The notes beneath the pieces are model-generated. The model did not search any database, had not been told where the DNA came from, and saw only the letters and a program-made list of their open reading frames with translations. A stretch of DNA of 20,000 bases. It comes from Saprolegnia diclina VS20 (taxonomy: Eukaryota). Of this stretch, positions 1-9,461 are shown piece after piece. Each line of letters opens with the position of its first letter. Position 1 is the stretch's first letter. The translations under genes were made by a program, and so were the position numbers. The stretch spans positions 202,902 to 222,901 of the forward strand of contig NW_008246068.1 in assembly GCF_000281045.1 (NCBI RefSeq), written 5' to 3'.

Positions 1-506
1 GGCGGGGCGGTCGTTGTCGTCGTAGGCGTCGTTGATGACGGCGGCGTCGACGTCTGGTGCCTTGACGACGTTGGTGGGTTGGTTGTTACGGGCTTGGACG
101 TCGTTGTTGGTTGGGGCTTTGGCGTCGTCACGGAAGGACGAGTTGTGGCCGGTAACCTTGTTGTCGTTTGAGGGGAGGGAGCGGCGCTGGAGCTTGTCGG
201 TGCGGGTGATGGTGGTTTTGATGAAGGCGAAGGTGGTGCTGTCGGGCTCATCGACGGCGTTGGACTGGAGCTTGGCGGCAATGGCGCGGGTGTCGGTGAT
301 GCCGTAATGGTTGGTGTCATAGTTGGCGTCGGTGTCGTAGAGGGGCTGGGTGCCGGGCTGGGACTCGACGTCACGTTCAAATTAGGTGACCACGACGGCG
401 TCGGGCTGCTCGAGGCGGGTCGCAACGTTGTTGGCGCCACGGTGTCTGCCATAGCGCCTTGATGTGCCATCGCGAGCGCTATCGCAAGTAGTTGTAGCCC
501 CCGCAT
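1..506 (-). CDS. Secreted Pro/Thr/Ser-rich mucin-like protein, 3'-partial (runs off the window edge)
   Basis: Not in the ORF track. ATG at 506 gives MRGLQLLAIALAMAHQGAMA-DTVAPTTLRPASSSPTPSWSPNLNVTSSPSPAPSPSTTPTPTMTPT..., open to position 1. It has a hydrophobic N-terminal signal peptide with an AxA cleavage site, followed by low-complexity P/T/S sequence. Confidence 0.85.
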   Translation of the reverse strand, partial: MRGLQLLAIALAMAHQGAMADTVAPTTLRPASSSPTPSWSPNLNVTSSPSPAPSPSTTPTPTMTPTITASPTPAPLPPSSSPTPSMSPTAPPSPSSKPPSPAPTSSSAAPSPQTTTRLPATTRPSVTTPKPQPTTTSKPVTTNPPTSSRHQTSTPPSSTTPTTTTTAP

Positions 507-753
507 TTCGTGATGTGTAGTGCCGTGGCGGCGGATCTCCGACTGGCGGCGCGGTTCCTGCGGCGCCACAGGTCGCGACCAGCTGTCGAATCCTACGGCT
601 CTCTTTGCCGAAGGAATGACGTTGCTGCACCTCCATCATGGTAATCTCCGAGCCCGCCAAAAACGAGATCGAACTAGTTGCTAGGCCAGTTGTAGAACCA
701 TCGGGTTCGATTCCGACACCGCCAGAACACATGTTTTTGAATAACACAATTTG

Positions 754-792
754 ATTGGTGCATTGCATGATTGGCATCAAATTCGGACCAAT
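754..792. promoter_or_regulatory. Three CCAAT boxes in the divergent promoter between the mucin-like gene and the 837 gene
   Basis: ATTGG at 754-758 and 770-774, and CCAAT at 788-792, all in a CCAATCA context. CCAAT is an established oomycete promoter element. Confidence 0.55.
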
Positions 793-836
793 CACAAGCG
801 CGCTCGCTATATCGAGCACAACTGAAACGACCTGGT

Positions 837-1589
837 ATGGGCGGTGGCGCCTCCACGATCGCCGGCTTCGAAGCGCTGTCGCCCGCCGACCAAGCTAATG
901 CGCAAGCCCAATACCAAGCTCTCGTCGCCGACGGCACTTCGGATGAGACTGCAATGACTGCCATTCGGGCCAAATTTACGGCGGCGACAGTGCTCATTGA
1001 GCTGCCACAGCTGCTGGATGCGATCGCCGCCGCCGTAAGCCGAGGCAAGACGCCGCTCGTGGTCGACGCCAGCGATCGCGTCAATACATTCTTTAGCTAT
1101 CGCCAGTGCACGCTTCTCGATGGAAAGAAGATGGCCATGGACAAGAGCATGCGCAAGGTGCCCGTGCCAGAGATCATGGAAGAGGCGCGGGCGCGACTCG
1201 TGGGCGCACTCAAGTGCGGCCACCCAATGGTCATTGCCATGAACCAGTGCGTCGTCGACGTTTGGAAAACGTTCAATGACGCGACGCTGCCGGTCGACGT
1301 GACGCAGCATGGAAGGTTGGCGTTCTTCCCAAGCGATCTCGTGTGTTCGAACGCAGGGAAAGGGCTTCTAAACCACCTCGATTCGCTCTACCGACCCGCC
1401 GACACCAAAGACACGAGCAACATCCCGCTCTGTCGCAACCCCAATGAGTTTCACGTCGTGCTCACGTCGAATTTCGCCCACGTGGACTTTGAAAAGTACC
1501 TTTTCAAGCCCGAGATGGGTCTACCGCCTCCCAAGTACCAGTACGAGTTTATCCTCGTGCAGCAAGAAGCCATCGAAGAAGATTTGTAA
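837..1589 (+). CDS. Hypothetical 250-aa protein with a predicted N-myristoylation site and an IQANK1 C-terminal / dynein AAA5-like domain
   Basis: The ORF-track start at 771 is TTG. The first ATG at 837 gives MGGGAS (MGxxxS). The segments GKTPLVVDAS..NTFFSYR, RLVGALKCGHPMVI, LDSLYRPAD and EFHVVLTS resemble motifs recalled from the IQANK1 C-terminus. Single long ORF with GC-ending codon bias. Confidence 0.8.
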   Translation: MGGGASTIAGFEALSPADQANAQAQYQALVADGTSDETAMTAIRAKFTAATVLIELPQLLDAIAAAVSRGKTPLVVDASDRVNTFFSYRQCTLLDGKKMAMDKSMRKVPVPEIMEEARARLVGALKCGHPMVIAMNQCVVDVWKTFNDATLPVDVTQHGRLAFFPSDLVCSNAGKGLLNHLDSLYRPADTKDTSNIPLCRNPNEFHVVLTSNFAHVDFEKYLFKPEMGLPPPKYQYEFILVQQEAIEEDL

Positions 1590-1634
1590 TCCATGTGTAT
1601 ATAACGCTAAAACGATATGAGCTATCGATCGCGT

Positions 1635-2941
1635 CTACTTGAGTAATAGCGCCCGACGCTTGGGTTTGCAGTACGCTGCCGCGTACTCGGTCGTATACAG
1701 GTGCCGCGGGTGCACAACCGGATACCGCGGGTGCAGCAGCAGCGGGTTCTACCAAATATGACAATCTTGTCCATTTTACTTTTGCGATAAATCAATCAAT
1801 ACACCGTGTAGCGATGCCGTTTATGGAAGTAGGGCACAATGTGACTCGGCACACGATGGACGCTCTATCGTACACGAATCACAAGGTTGCACCACGATCG
1901 TCGCTGGAGGTACCTCTGGCTTGGGCGTCGTGGCCAGTACTTTGCTAGTGTGGCCACATGTGGCTTTTGGTGCGGCGGGATCGGTGCTTGACTTCACCGT
2001 TGGAGCAACTGCCTCGCGGCTCGTCGGAGCTGCATCGGCGTTCGCCACCGTCGTTGGAACCGACGCCGCGTAGGTCGTCGTAGGCACCTCTTTCGGGCTG
2101 TTTGTCGACGTCTTGACCAGCTCGAGGCGCTCGATTGCGCCGGACGTTGCTTTGGCGGCCTTGCGTCGGGACCGCGCTTGGGTTTTCTGCAACAGCTGCG
2201 TCTTTTCCCGCGCCAGACGCTGCTTCAAGTGGGCTTCGAGCGTCGCCTGCAGCGCGGAGCAACCAACGATCGGTGCCTCGAAATGCACCTTCTTGGTCGA
2301 CTTGATCGTTGCGATCTTCGTCGATGGTTTGAGGACCACTTGCCGAATGTCCTTGGGTGCCGACTCGTTATGCAGGATGTGTACTGGCAATGGGTGCACG
2401 GGCATCGCGGGCAAGACAGCCCGACGACTTAGTCGTGGCGGTGGCGACAACAGCGCGGCCAGCGGCGGTCCAAGCGGCTCGGATACAAAGGTGATGGCGC
2501 TCGGTCGGTCGAGGTGCTCGATGTTAGCCTTGCACTGTAGCCGGCGCTGATATGTGAGGTCGTCAAGGCGACCGCCTGCCAACGACTGCTGCAAACTCGC
2601 GGCCGACACGCGCAGCTGATCGAGGTGCATCTTGGTGGCGCGCTTGAGCTCGTCGCCTTGCGAGAGGCTCTCGAGCGACGCCCGGCGCGGCGATGTCGTC
2701 TACGTCAGAGCGCAAGGTCCAGCAGCACATCGTTTATTTTACGGAGTCGATACCCAGGCGAAATAACTCGGTGCTTTCTCCGTCTCGTGCTCCAGCGGCT
2801 TGCCGGCCGCCGGTAGAGGCGCCACTGGCATTGAGTCGCGTGGCGTTGCCACGTCACGGAGCTGCCCCTACCGTCTCCTGAGCGCGACGGGCGATTCACA
2901 TCGGTCGTCGGTACCTCAACTTCCTTGCTGCCGGTCGCCAT
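1635..2941 (-). CDS. Hypothetical protein of about 366 aa, 5 exons (2941-2915, 2867-2754, 2699-1914, 1864-1805, 1748-1635)
   Basis: Four phase-0 GT..AG introns (2914-2868, 47 nt; 2753-2700, 54 nt; 1913-1865, 49 nt; 1804-1749, 56 nt) join MATGSKEVE|GQLRDV...SYFAW|TTSPRR...KPE|SVHRVPSHIVPYFHKRHRYT|NPLLLHPRYPVVHPRHLYTTEYAAAYCKPKRRALLLK* in frame. The core matches ORF 1821..2630. Confidence 0.65.
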
Positions 2942-3093
2942 GGCCACTGAGAAACGGTTCTGTCAACGGCCGCACCAATGTTCGACGCTGCCAGCAGGGT
3001 TGTGGTCCTCTTCCTCTCCAGCGCAACGCCATTACAAGTGGGTGTCAACGTGGCGCCAGCCAATTCTTCAAATATGTATGTATGGACTTTGTC

Positions 3094-3894
3094 TTAAGGA
3101 TGGCTGCTAATGCTCTCGTCTTCGCTGTCTGCACCGTCGTCGGCGGCGACATCCGCATCGCTCGCGGGGCTGGCATCCGCCTCGTCGTCGGCCTCGGCCT
3201 CGGCCCGCTTGTTGGCGCGGCGAGGCTGCTTGGCGGCGCTTCGTGTCGACTTCTTTTCGTGTTGCCGAAGCAGCTTTTGTCCTTGGCGCAAGACAGGTGC
3301 CGCTTCGTGTACAGCTGCGCCGAGCTCGGGACTCACGAGCGTCGCCGCCGACTCGACGTGCTTGAGGTTCGTATTGGCCGCTGCGTGGCGAGCGAGTCGG
3401 CCAAAGGCGGCGGCGCCACTGCCTTCGGACATGGCCTTGTGCCACACACCAGGCGGGCTCGCACCCCCCGAGGGCACGCTCTGCGCGCGCTCTAGGCCGG
3501 TGCGGTGTAGGCGCTCGGAGAGGGTGTCGTACCATGCGTCGCACTCGTCGTTGTCGGCGAGCGTAAACTTGAGGCGGCGCGTGCCCGTGCCGTCGGCGAT
3601 GAGACCATGCGGCAGGTCCGGCGCATACGCGATGCCTGTGACGCGGAAGAAGCCGCGCGGCTTGGTCGTCGCGCGCTCCGAGACGTAGTAGAAGAGCGTG
3701 TCGTCGTGCAGCACCATGTAGCGCCGCTTCCAGTTCTTGACAAAGCTGCCTTGCTTGCGCACGTAGCCGCTAAAGGCGGGTGGCCCCGACGGCGCTTCGT
3801 TGCCGCTGCGACTCGACGAAAGCATGTCGTGGAGGTCGAGCTGCCCGGAGGCTGCTTTGCGCAAGCCGGCGGCGACGTTCTCGAGCAAGGACAT
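3094..3894 (-). CDS. PH-domain protein (266 aa) with an acidic low-complexity C-terminus
   Basis: FSGYVRKQGSFVKNWKRRYMVLHDDTLFYY...KPRGFF...ADNDECDAWYDTL is a classic PH domain, including the basic KxGxxxKxWKRR phosphoinositide-binding motif and the C-terminal helix Trp. The start at 3894 (MSLLENV) is supported by an INR/FPR-like element just upstream. Confidence 0.9.
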   Translation of the reverse strand: MSLLENVAAGLRKAASGQLDLHDMLSSSRSGNEAPSGPPAFSGYVRKQGSFVKNWKRRYMVLHDDTLFYYVSERATTKPRGFFRVTGIAYAPDLPHGLIADGTGTRRLKFTLADNDECDAWYDTLSERLHRTGLERAQSVPSGGASPPGVWHKAMSEGSGAAAFGRLARHAAANTNLKHVESAATLVSPELGAAVHEAAPVLRQGQKLLRQHEKKSTRSAAKQPRRANKRAEAEADDEADASPASDADVAADDGADSEDESISSHP

Positions 3895-3900
3895 CAAGGC

Positions 3901-3915
3901 CAATTGAAAACTGAG
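3901..3915 (-). promoter_or_regulatory. INR+FPR-like core promoter of the PH gene
   Basis: Minus strand CTCAGTTTTCAATTG a few bases upstream of the ATG approximates the oomycete TCAYTYBNNNWTTY element. Confidence 0.45.
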
Positions 3916-4756
3916 CTCGTGGCGAGGCCGATCACCGGCGAGATTGATTTCGACGTGCACTTCGAACGACGCCGTACGAGTTGCTCGCATATCGCCTTCG
4001 GAATGCCATGCCACGGACAGCTCGTCAGCGCAGGCTCCGTTGAGCGGCGAGATGGTATCGGCCTTTTGACTCCGCGGGTTTCGAGGCAGTCCATGCCCAT
4101 GGATTGACCAAAGCTGCAAGCGGCCGCGGTCGTCGAATCTGCACGATGACGTGGCAGGCTCTGCAAACGTGAAACGGTCGGCATGCGGTGTAACGCAGCG
4201 CGTCACCGCACCGCTGCATTGCGCACAGACACTGTATAAAACAGAATATAAACGCGTGTCTTTAGCGCAGACAGTATTTTATACAGTGTTTTAAGGCGAC
4301 CGACCCACAACCTGAAAGGACAGGCGACGATTTGATACATGATTTCATGTTGGTCCATGAGTACCTGTAGGGGAAGCTTGTGCGACCAGCAGACTGCGTC
4401 AATAGCAGCCATCCGATTGTCGGCATGTGCACTGCCGAGATCGCATCGGATACAGAATCTGACACAGCGTATTTTATCCGGATTGGCATTGCGCATGCGG
4501 AGATTCGGTCGTCAGCGCTTGCTTTGCAAAAGTAGCTGACGTTGTGGCACAGCAGTGGTACTTGAAGTGGCTTGAGGAATCTGCTACCACGTTCGGCAGT
4601 GCTCCGCCACCCATGCTCGCCGGTCAAGATGACAGGGGCCATGCGACTATAGTACTCGCCGCTCGTCCGGCGGTCTAAATGAGCAACAACCATTCATTCA
4701 CATCAAAGTTTCAAAACGACTAACTCTACGACGTACTACACACAGCGAGACAGGGA

Positions 4757-5488
4757 CTAGGCGCTATAGCGACGGTGCTGTGTCTTGTGGGCAAAGCAGT
4801 CTTTACGCAGTTGCGCCAGCTCGGCGTCAATCGACGATGTCACGTCGCGGGACAGCGCGTGTCGGGGCACAAACACCGCCGTGCCAAGCCGGCGCGGGAT
4901 CGGTCGACCGGCGATCGAGCCCGTCGCGAGCTTCTTCGATACGCGCATCGGGCTGCAGCAAAGCATCTCGGCGAGGAACCCGCGCAGCGTCGTGCCGGTC
5001 GGCAGTGCCAGCGCGCCTTGCACAAAGTACTCGATGAGCTTGGCGGCGTACAGCTGCTCGTAGTGGAACCAGAAGCCACGCGTCTCGCACGTAGCAGTCG
5101 CCTTTTCACCGACGGACGGCGCCGCGTGCCGCGTCTTGAGCGGCTCAACGGCCCGCTTGAAGAGCGTCTCGGCATGCAACAGTTGCTGCAGCGTCTCGAC
5201 GTCGGCGTCCGTGACCGCCCGCGGCTCAAAGTGGCTGCGGCCAATGTTGCGAAAGTTGGCGTACGGCAACGCTGCAATCTTCTTAGAGACGCGCATGGGT
5301 GCGCACTGGAGCTGGCTGGCGATGTAGCTGCGTAGCGACGTGCCGGCCTCGACGGTCGAGAGAAGACCGCGCAGGAAGCACTCGATGAGCGCCAGCATGT
5401 AGCCTTCCTCTTCAGGCAGCCACACACCGGTGCGCTCGGTGACGTGTGCGTCGGCCTGTACAGGCGCCAGTAGCCGTGCAATGTCCAT
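4757..5488 (-). CDS. Tandem Myb/SANT-like 'CxPMRxSKK' domain protein, paralogue 1 (243 aa), putative transcription regulator
   Basis: Starts MDIARLL. Repeat 1 is RTGVWLPEEEGYMLALIECFLRG...GTSLRSYIASQLQCAPMRVSKK and repeat 2 is RGFWFHYEQLYAAKLIEYFVQG...GTTLRGFLAEMLCCSPMRVSKK. Intronless. INR/FPR-like GCCATTTCTGAATTG at 5510-5496. Confidence 0.9.
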   Translation of the reverse strand: MDIARLLAPVQADAHVTERTGVWLPEEEGYMLALIECFLRGLLSTVEAGTSLRSYIASQLQCAPMRVSKKIAALPYANFRNIGRSHFEPRAVTDADVETLQQLLHAETLFKRAVEPLKTRHAAPSVGEKATATCETRGFWFHYEQLYAAKLIEYFVQGALALPTGTTLRGFLAEMLCCSPMRVSKKLATGSIAGRPIPRRLGTAVFVPRHALSRDVTSSIDAELAQLRKDCFAHKTQHRRYSA

Positions 5489-5790
5489 TCGGCTCCAATT
5501 CAGAAATGGCCGACCAGGTGCCCGCCCACCCGATCCCCTAGCCCTGCTCGTGGCCGCCGAGAGAGGCGGTGCGATGCAGAGATATCAGAGGGCCTTCGCA
5601 CAATGGCCTTTCCGCTTTGGCTCAAATAGGCGTTTACGAGTAGTAGCTGCGCTGCTGGCGCCACCCACCACTCCATTCTCGTTGTGTTCTGAAGCCCACT
5701 CTCAAGTAGCTGCGCCTCGCTTGCAGTCGCAGCAACTTCGACGCCCTTCTTCGCACGCACCTGCGCGAGGAAGACGACGTGCGTTGCAGC

Positions 5791-7212
5791 TCAATTCGCG
5801 CCAATCGGTGACGACACGCGACGTGACAGGCGGCTGGTCGACCAGAGGAGTAGCACTACGCGCGTGCATGAGGAACCCGACTTGAACGGCAGGTGCGACG
5901 TCTCCAAGATCGCTTCTGTGGGACGAGCAGCACGATCGGCGCACAAGCGAGCCCGAGCGATGCGCCCGCCCACATCCAAAGCACGGCCAGACGCCACTTG
6001 GCCTCCACCGCCCATCGAACGCATGTCGGCGGCAGGTCAAATTGTACCAGTGGTGGCGCGACGACTGTGGCTGTCGTTGCAAAGCACTGCATCGTGCCTG
6101 TTCTGTAAATTGTGGAAACGAAAACAGAGGTCGGACCTCGTGCTGTGCAAAGTGCGCCAGCCAGTGCTCCTTCTGACTCCACTGACGATCCAGAAACCCG
6201 ACGATGGTTGCTGGCGACGGTTGCAAAGGCGTGGCACGTGATGTGCAGATGCACGAGCGCCGGCCCATCGCCCGCGACCAGCCGTTGCATGGAGGGCACA
6301 CCCGTGTCGACGTTGCGGCCATTTCGTACGTCGGCACTTCGCCTGCGTAACTTGGGTAGCCGATCGTGATGTCGTAGATCTCGGGCTTGACGTCCGTATT
6401 GGCATACGCGTCAAGGAGGAGCTGCAGCCCCGCGGCGCCCGGCAACAGCACGCGCTCGAGCGTTGGCCGGCCTTGCGCAGTCGCAAACGCCTGAGACTTG
6501 GTCACGCACTCGGTGTGGATCGTTGTGCCTTCCGGAAAGAGCATGAGCCAGACGGGGAAGGCGTCTTCGACAAACGACTCCATGTACTCTACACGATACG
6601 CATGAGATGGCCAACGCAAGAGATGAGCACATACGCTGGACGTGCGGCTTGTCGTGGACCAGGTCGCGCCGAAGGAAGAGGAATTCAAGCAGCGCCATCG
6701 TCCAGCCCATGCAGGGTACGTACGCCAGCGAGCTCTTCATACAAAGCTTGAGCTGCGGCACGGCGCCGACCAGCCGCACATCTAACCGCAGCAGTGAGAC
6801 CAGACGGACTGTATCTGTCGCGATGACTGACACTGCTGCAGGTACCACCAGTCGGCGTCAACCTGGTGGTTGGCCACCAATACGATCGGCGTTGCTGCGG
6901 TCGCTGTCCGAGGCGCGTCGCCACTACACACATGCTCTTCATCCCGCGCGAACAATGCGCGTGGCGTTTACCTGAGCGTCAACGTGGCGACAGGAAAGAG
7001 AACGCTCAACAGGTCGACCCAGTCGACAAGACAGTACGCCCTAAGACGAGGCATGAGCCGCGAGCAAAGCGCGCGGAGGCAGACGCAATGCATCGGCGAA
7101 TGCGCGCGCGGCCAAACGGCAAGAGCAGCGCAAAGGCGGACGCATACAGCGTCACGAGGACCACATGCACGAGCAGCAGCACGAGACAGGCGAGCGTTGA
7201 TCGCACCGCCAT
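5791..7212 (-). CDS. PlsC-family lysophospholipid acyltransferase (LCLAT1/AGPAT3-5-like), copy B, possibly a degenerating pseudogene
   Basis: ATG at 7212 (MAVRSTLACLVLLL..., hydrophobic). The spliced product has ANHQVDADWW (HX4D), FLRRD and LFPEGT. Introns lie at the same positions as in copy A (e.g. 7084-7041, 6971-6924). There is a 7-nt deletion near 6319 and a compensating frame change near 6206, and LLPR is changed to LLPG. The 3' exons are less certain. Confidence 0.7.
6319..6680 (-). repeat. Inverted repeat arm of about 360 bp, near-identical to 8576-8937
   Basis: The reverse complement aligns base-for-base with 8576-8937 at roughly 95% identity by eye, including the 46-nt intron GTATGTGCTCATCTCTT...CATGCGTATCGTGTAG. 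Confidence 0.9.
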
Positions 7213-8001
7213 CTTGCCGTTTGTATCCGGATTTTCCGGATACCCGAGACGCAATAAGATCTCAAAATAAGATTGCAAATACGCCCATATCGTGGCTGGA
7301 TGATTCGTAGCGCTGGTCAGTGGGCAGCGGTCGAACGACACTGGACCAATGCGGCGGTGGGACCATTATGTACCCCTGGGTTGGTATTGTAATCATTCCC
7401 GATGGACGCCACGACAACGTGCAATCGGGTGGCTTGCCCTGCAACTCCGACGCGTGCTGGCCTCACTGGCCGCGCGGCTACTCGAGCGACCGTGCCACGT
7501 ATATCGCGTGAATGCATTGGCTGCAGCAACGTCAACGAAGCGCTTCGCACGCGTCAACCCCGGACGCGGCTGCCGCAGAAAGCAACTCCATTTCACGGGA
7601 CCTGATCGCAAATGGCGACCGCCTCTATCGACTCGGCCTTGTCGCCAGTACATTCAAGAGATTTGGGTGCCATTGCAAGTCTGACGATCACGATCGTCCT
7701 ATGACAGCCGCAGACAAAGCGCGCGGACGTAGTATAAAACCAGCGTCTTTGCAAACAGTGGATTTGTGCAAAACAGTGGTTGGGTGCGCCCGATGAATTC
7801 CGAGCCGCTGATTTCGCTACACGCCAACGGTGCAAAACACATTTTTCACCTTTTCGCACATGTGAGAAGAGAGTGTGCACTGGTCTGCACCAATCAGAAC
7901 CACGGAACGTGTGAAAAATGTCATCACCACGGTGGTGTTTACGTGTAGCGACGTGGAATTCGACGAGCTTCGATCGAAACCAGCAAACAGCAATAAGAAA
8001 C

Positions 8002-8017
8002 AGCATTTCCACTTTGC
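8002..8017 (+). promoter_or_regulatory. INR/FPR-like core promoter of acyltransferase copy A
   Basis: AGCATTTCCACTTTGC immediately before the ATG at 8021 resembles the oomycete INR+FPR. Confidence 0.45.
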
Positions 8018-8020
8018 ACC

Positions 8021-9461
8021 ATGCTAAACACGAGCTTTCTGCGGCTCCGCGCGGCGCTTGGCGCTGCGTGGATCTTCCTCAACATGGCGGTGCTCAACCT
8101 CTACCAGCTCTGGATCATGGCCTTCAAGCCATTTGGCCGGCGCTACGCCCGCCAGCTCATGGGGTACACCCATAGCGTGCGGCGCTTCGAGGCTCAGCGT
8201 GGCTCTGTACTAGCACGCTCTGCTTTCAAGACTGGATCGACTTTACGGCCTTCTACTCGCCCTCGGCCACAATGGTCGTCACGTACGCAACGCCATGTCG
8301 CGCGTCACCTCACATGTCTGGTGTAGCGGCGACGCGATGCCCAAGGACACGAGCGTGCCCGTTATCTTTATCGCCAACCACCAAGTCGACGCCGACTGGT
8401 GGTACATTCTGCAGCGTACGCCAGCATGATCTCCATACAACGACGACACGAAGCTAAACCATACTTTGGTATAGTGATCCAAGCCCACGGCGGCACGCCC
8501 AACGTCAAGATCGCGATGAAGGACTCGCTGGCCAAGGTGCCCGTCTTTGGCTGGGGCATGTACATGTTTGAGACGCTCTTCCTTCGGCGCGACCTGGCCC
8601 ACGACAAGCCGCACGTCCAGCGTATGTGCTCATCTCTTACATAGGCCATCTCATGCGTATCGTGTAGAGTACATGGAGTCGTTTGTCGAAGACGCTTTCC
8701 CCGTCTGGCTCATGCTCTTTCCGGAAGGCACAACGATCCACACCGAGTACGTGACCAAGTCGCAAAATTTTGCGACTGCACAAGGCCGGCCAACGCTCGA
8801 GCGCGTGCTGTTGCCGCGCGCCGCGGGGCTGCAGCTCCTCCTTGACGCGTATGCCAATACGGACGTCAAGCCCGAGATCTACGACATCACGATCGGCTAC
8901 CCGAGCTACTCGGGCGAAGTGCCGACGTACGAGATGGGCTACAGCCGCCACATTGACGTCGGTGTGCCGTCCATGCAGCACGTGCTGGCGCGAACGCACC
9001 CCGAGCACGTTCACTTGCACATCACAAAGCATGCATTCGAAGACGCCAACACCAACGTGGAGAGCTTCCTCGACAAGCAGTGGCTCAAGAAGGAAGCGCT
9101 CCTCAACGAGTTCATTGCCCACCAGGTACGCCCATACAATGTCGTCGTCCATCGACTCATATGTGCCCGTAGGAATTCGCATCGGCCTCGGCCTCGCGTC
9201 GCTGCGTCACGCCCGAGGTATTTTATATCCTGGTCAATTGTGCATTAGGTCTGAACGATGTCTAGACCAATATCTGGGGCACGCTTCGTCTGTGGGCGGG
9301 CGCCGCCATCTCGCTCGTGCTGCTGCCAGTCGCGCTGCCCTGTACGCCTGGCACGGATGACAGTCGATCCTCATTGAATGACGTGCGTAGGCTTGCTCCT
9401 CTGCAGCACTGTGGCACACGTTCGAAACAAGACGCACACCAAGTCGACCAAGTCGGCCTAG
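8021..9461 (+). CDS. PlsC-family lysophospholipid acyltransferase (LCLAT1/AGPAT3-5-like), copy A, intact, 8 exons
   Basis: GT..AG introns at 8164-8213, 8283-8326, 8416-8474, 8622-8667, 9126-9172, 9218-9265 and 9342-9390 give a continuous frame. It contains an N-terminal hydrophobic segment, IANHQVDADWW (catalytic HX4D), KDSLAKVPVFGW, FLRRD, LFPEGT, VLLPRAAG, IYDITIGY and a C-terminal TM segment, and ends HTKSTKSA*. Confidence 0.9.
8576..8937 (+). repeat. Inverted repeat arm of about 360 bp, near-identical to 6319-6680
   Basis: Direct comparison with the reverse complement of 6319-6680. Confidence 0.9.

Noticed and set aside
3895..4206. N-terminal extension of the PH ORF, and similar extensions for ORFs starting at 771, 11326, 12459 and 14130
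   Set aside because: The ORF-track starts are mostly non-ATG. INR/FPR-like elements and conserved N-terminal motifs favour the downstream ATGs.
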